Assembly: GCF_036365525.1 (NCBI RefSeq)
Contig: NC_090396.1
Coordinates: forward strand, 71,383,111 to 71,447,110
Origin: Heterodontus francisci
Taxonomy: Eukaryota
Length of the DNA stretch: 64,000 nt
Direction: 5' to 3'
This document shows positions 59,441 through 64,000 of the stretch, piece after piece. Each line of letters starts with the position of its first letter. Within the stretch, counting starts at the first letter, position 1. Both the position numbers and the translations under genes were made by a program. A model generated the notes under the pieces. The model was not told where the DNA came from. It saw only the letters and a list, made by a program, of their open reading frames with translations, and did no database searches.

Positions 59441-61795
59441 GGAACGAAGACCATGAAGTTTTGGGCCCTTTGCTCTTTTTAATATCTACTAGATGACTGT
59501 ATTCTGCAATCTCTTCCTCAATTCTGTTGCCCAATCACCAACTGGCCATAGGCAGTAACAAGGGGAACTTATTAGTATATCAAAGATCTGTCTTGTCTCC
59601 TCTTTAGCAAAATGGATTTTCTTTTTTTAATTTGAACCATTGCTGTAATGGTGTTCCCAGTGCTTTGTTGGGTTACTGTTACATAGAGCAAAGTACCCAA
59701 AGCACACGGCCTGAATCATTTTACATCCTGGACCAGTTAATTCCATCTGTGATTCTATTGATCATTTGCTAGTTTGTTCAGTTGGTATTTTAGGGAGCTG
59801 GAGATTTGGGGAGAGGTATTCTTGGTGCTGTTATCGCTATGGTGAATAAATCCTTAATTGGAAGATTAAGATCTATTGGTGTATGGCTTAAATATACAGG
59901 TTAATGGATTTAAACCTTGTGCATGGACCAAGTCTCCATGACAATTAAGGAACCCAAAGAGACTAGAAAGTCCTAACAGGGTGTGAATGGTAGTGGGGCA
60001 GGTGATTGGCCAGTTGTTTGAGCCCAGTAAATATTGCAGCTTTGAACAACACCTCAAAAGGGTTATATTTAAGCATACAAGATTGTGGTCTTGTATTAAC
60101 TTCAGAGAACAATCCAGTGACAGCCCAGCTCCCACCTGAGTGCAAATCCACAGGCTTGGCACAGTAAAACAGGGATGTTTTCTTTCCGAGCTGAAGAGTT
60201 AGCATACGCTGTTTGGAAAGACTGGAGGAACCTTTACATCTCCGCAGTGATTGGATATTGGCAGCGGTTCCAAAACTAGATGGGGAGGGGGTAGGTGACA
60301 GGAGGGTGTTCCATGCCTTAGCACTGGCTTTAGATAAGCAGAAAAAATATTCTAAAAGGATTTAAAATTCAAAAGCATGCACAAGGCTCTACTTGTGGAT
60401 AGCACTCCTTTATTTTTACTGTGAAATTGCTGCTTGCACGTTTTGTATAAACTCGTGAATCCACTATATTGCATCTAGGGAGTAAAGAGAGACTTCAGGC
60501 AGAATGGAGTTAGACTTTGGGGATAATTGGATCAGGGTATCAAGATATAATTTAGCTCCCATTTTAAAGTCATAGATTTAATTTTTAATTAAATATTTCC
60601 ATTTATAAATTGCTGCGTCCATATTTATCATGGAAACTACCTGTCAGCATTCTCCTGCCACATTAGTGTTACTGCAGGGCATTTACATAGTTTGTAATAT
60701 TTTTGTGAACATGGGTATATTGCTAACGAAAATAGTTGGTTGGAAATTTGTGTGGATGATTGGCTTGTGTATTTTCAGATTTTTCAGCATGAATGGTTTT
60801 TGGGAAGTACCCAAAAAAAAAATCCGAGGTGAAATTATTGTTCAAGTACCACCTTTTTTCTTGTAGATGCAAGCATCCTTAGCTACAGGACAATCATGAT
60901 GGTTGAAAATGCCTCTATACATATCGATACTGTTTTATAATATTGCAGTGTCATATCAAGTCTTCCAAAACCTAATATTCTGCTTAAAATGTAAGTAGGA
61001 AGATTTAAAGTTGGACAGTTTTTATTAAATTGAACTTGAAGCAAAGTGAAGTTTTAAACAGCAGACTGGGTACTTAACCAGCCATCAGTAAATGCATTGT
61101 CGGGTGTGGTGCTAAACCTTGAGCCTTACAAAGATGTAGGTTTGGGCTGAGCCAGCTCTCATCTAGGCCATTGCAAAGTGTAAGATTGTAGAGCAGTGTG
61201 TCCTAATTTATCTGGTCTGACAGCAGGCAGGAAAAAACTTGGGCAAATTTTTCAGTCCTAATTAATGTCCCATAATATTTGCTGAAAAGTATGTGTATAT
61301 GAGATTATCTGGCAAACACAGGATATATTCACTGGGTAACTAGCATCCTGACACTAAGTTCACCTGTAAAGAATTATTTCAAGGTGAAGTAAGGGCCACC
61401 ACCAGCTGCAGAACTGTGCCATTGCAGGAATTGCTGCTTTCCTTCTCTGCAGCAGCAGGTAATAGATCCCAAGCATGAATGGTGGCTTTTAATGGCCTTT
61501 TATCTACTGTAATGTATTTGTATGCCTTAAGAAAATTGTCTTTCTGGTCATTGATAAAGCTTGGGTATGTTTATCAGTAATGCAGTTCCAGCCAGTTTTT
61601 TCATAGGTGAGGGTCTTTATTACAAGTCTAGATAAGCAACTTTTTTTACTCAAAAGGAACAAACCTGCAGATTGATCAGGGTCTCAGTATTGTACTACCT
61701 TGTACCTCTTTTTTGGGTTGCGTTACGAAGCTCTGCAACTTCTTGACCATGCAACTTGGTTGGCTTTACTCTGAAAATGTTTTACAATTATTTCT

Positions 61796-61801
61796 AATAA
61801 A
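61796..61801 (+). terminator. Distal polyadenylation signal candidate (AATAAA)
   Basis: AATAAA followed by T run and TTTGTTTG; a further AATAAA near 61879. Confidence 0.55.
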
Positions 61802-62154
61802 GTTTTTTTTTAAAAAAACACATTTGTTTGCTTTAACACTCAATTGAAAAACAGTTTGAGTCTCTTGTTTACTTGCTTAATAAACCTATTATACTACTAG
61901 CCCTTCAATTGGAAAGCAAGAGTACTATACTGGAAGGAGATGGTAACGTTCCCATGGGGAGAGTGCAAGCACAAGGGGATACGGTAAAAGCAAAGGCCGA
62001 GAGCCAGAGGCCAACAGATACCAAGTTAGTCAGAATAGAGAAATTCAGTGACTTCACTTCACGCACATGGAACGGACTGGTGGGTAACAGTACTGTTAGT
62101 TTCATTAAGTTTTCATTTTTCACTTGACATTCCTTTAACAGATATAATTTCCAG

Positions 62155-62850
62155 TGCCTTTGGTCAAGAATGAGGCACATTAATTCCACCACATGGACAC
62201 TGAAATTTAAATTGTTGCTGGGAAAAAGAGGGCCTGTTTCAAGGAATTGCCAGGCCCCTGGCCAGAAAGACGTTTTTGCATATCAGCAAACAGTATTGGA
62301 ACAAAGGAACTATCCCCTGCTCCCATACAATACACAGACCTGGTCAAACCAGTCAGTCACGTGACCACCCTGCTGGCCAACTTGGATTTTAAATTGTATA
62401 GAGTGTTTGAACTGGCAGAAAGTTCTTGACTCCTGGATTGAAAAGAGCCTCTCCTGTCTACTCCCATCTCTTTCTCATGGAATTTCAAGACCTACTGAAG
62501 ACACATGAACCCCAAGAGAAAAGTCACCAACAGTGAACAAGGTTTAAGAATACTGGGCCCCAACGAAAAGCAAGACCTGACCTTCAATCAAGGACTCTAC
62601 AGCAAGCTCGAAGCACAGTAACAAAAAAACCCTCCTGAGATTGCCTCAAACTTTTCCACTTTATTTTTTCTGCTCTTTTCTCTATCTGCGTGGGTGTGTC
62701 CTGTATCCATGAGTGTTAACAGAATTAGAGTTGCTTAATTTCACTTCTTTAAACCTAAGAAAGCATGTTTGTGCTCATTTCTTTGCCTTATAATTGGAAA
62801 GCAGTGAACAAGGATTCACCAAGGGGGAGCTAAAAACACTGTTTTTAATC
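62155..62850. mobile_element. LTR-like fragment, same family as 33721-34476, opposite orientation
   Basis: tttgtgctcatttctttgccttataattggaaag...gtgaacaaggattcac is the reverse complement of ~33820-33875. Confidence 0.75.
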
Positions 62851-63257
62851 TCCAGATTATTCCCAGTGCCATGGGTTTTGTTTGTTGTAGCCATATGCAT
62901 CTCTGCCATTTAAGAGACAGTTGGTGATTTATAGCTTGAGGATCACCACGCCACAAGCATGAGGCCTCAAACTACCACAGGTGGTACGGGCATGGAGCCC
63001 ACATTGTTGGCATCTTTTTGCATCACACGCTAGCTGTCTAGCCAGCTGAGCTAACCAACACCCCCCACGTGTTAATGAATACAGAAATAGGATAGTACAG
63101 ATGAATGCGTGGCTGGAGAGATGATGCAGGAGGGAGGGTTTTAGATTTTAAGGGCAGTTCTGGGGGATGAGAGACCAGTACATGCTTGATGGTTTGCACC
63201 ACAACAGGGCCAGGACCAACATTGTTGAACTGTAGAACAAATAGGGGCAATGACAAT

Positions 63258-63598
63258 GATCGAAACATATAAGATCCCGAGGGGTGTTGACAGGGTGGAT
63301 GTGGAAAGGATGTTTCCCCTTGTGGGAGAATCTAGAACCAGGGGTCGCCCATTTAAAGACAGATGAGAATTTTTTTCTGAGGGTCATGCGAGTTTGGAAC
63401 TCTCTTCTTCAAAAGGCAGTGGAAGTGGAGTCTTTGAATACGTTTAAGGCAGAGGCAGCTAGATTCTTGATAAGCAAGGGGTGAAAGGTTAAAGGGGTAG
63501 GTGGTGATGTGGAGAAATCAGTTTAGCCAGGAACTTATTGAATGGCGGAGCAGGCTCAAGGGGCCGAGTGGCCTACTCCTGCTCTTAATTCATATGTT
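63258..63598 (+). mobile_element. CR1 3' segment (from IETYKI to tail); CR1 ORF1 esterase remnant just upstream (~63080-63235)
   Basis: atcgaaacatataagatccc...ggcctactcctgctcttaattcatatgttc. Confidence 0.85.
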
Positions 63599-64000
63599 CC
63601 AATCAAGTCACCTCTTACTCTTCTAAATTCCAAAGGATACAAGCCTAGCCTGTCTAACCTTTCCTCATAAGACAACCCGCCCATTCCAGGTATTAGTCTA
63701 GTAAACCTTCTCTGAACTGCCTCCAACACATTTACATCCTTCCTTAAATAAGGAGACCAGTACTGTACACAGTACTCCAGATGTGGTCTTACCAATGCCC
63801 TGTAGAGCTGAAGCATAACCTCCCTACTTTTGTATTCAATTCCCCTCGCAATAAACGATAACATTCTATTAGCTTTCCTAATTACGCGCTGTACCTGCAT
63901 ACTAACCTTTTGTGATTTGTGCACTGGGACACTCAGATCCCTCTGCAATCTCTCACCATTTAGATAATATGCTTTTTTACTCTTCCTACCAAAATGGACA
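63599..64000 (-). mobile_element. CR1 RT C-terminal fragment, runs off the window
   Basis: QRDLSVPVHKSQKVSMQVQ...LVRPHLEYCVQYWSPYL...RVRGDLI. Confidence 0.9.

Larger units (their letters stand above)
58250..61830 (+). other. CRLF3: Candidate CRLF3 3' UTR
   Basis: Repeat-poor, AT-rich ~3.5 kb after the stop, ending at AATAAA plus T/GT-rich tract; repeats resume after ~62150. Confidence 0.55.

Overview
Vertebrate genomic DNA, most likely from a cartilaginous fish (inferred from the repeat repertoire: CR1/HER1-type LINEs, HE1-like V-SINEs, Deu-domain SINEs, RTE and Penelope elements). The window holds the complete coding sequence of one gene, CRLF3 (cytokine receptor-like factor 3), on the + strand: 8 coding exons from 16108 to 58249, all GT-AG, phases compatible, 1317 nt = 438 aa (N-terminal coiled-coil-like region, FN3 domain with WSPWS, C-terminal SPRY-like domain), then a ~3.5 kb candidate 3' UTR. 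Nearly all other ORFs in the track are fragments or antisense frames of decayed retroelements. Most notable non-genic structures: a four-level nest (CR1 > solo LTR > Penelope > CR1 tail) with readable TSDs; minimal hammerhead ribozyme motifs in the inverted termini of that Penelope; a fold-back Penelope; a near full-length CR1 with tandem 5' monomers; two CR1 copies sharing inactivating lesions; a LINE ending 20 nt before the exon-3 start; and a locally templated 72-bp insertion. I found no convincing wholly new biological system; the findings are unusual instances of known biology. Repeat boundaries were read by eye and are approximate unless a TSD is quoted; family names come from recalled consensus features, not database searches.
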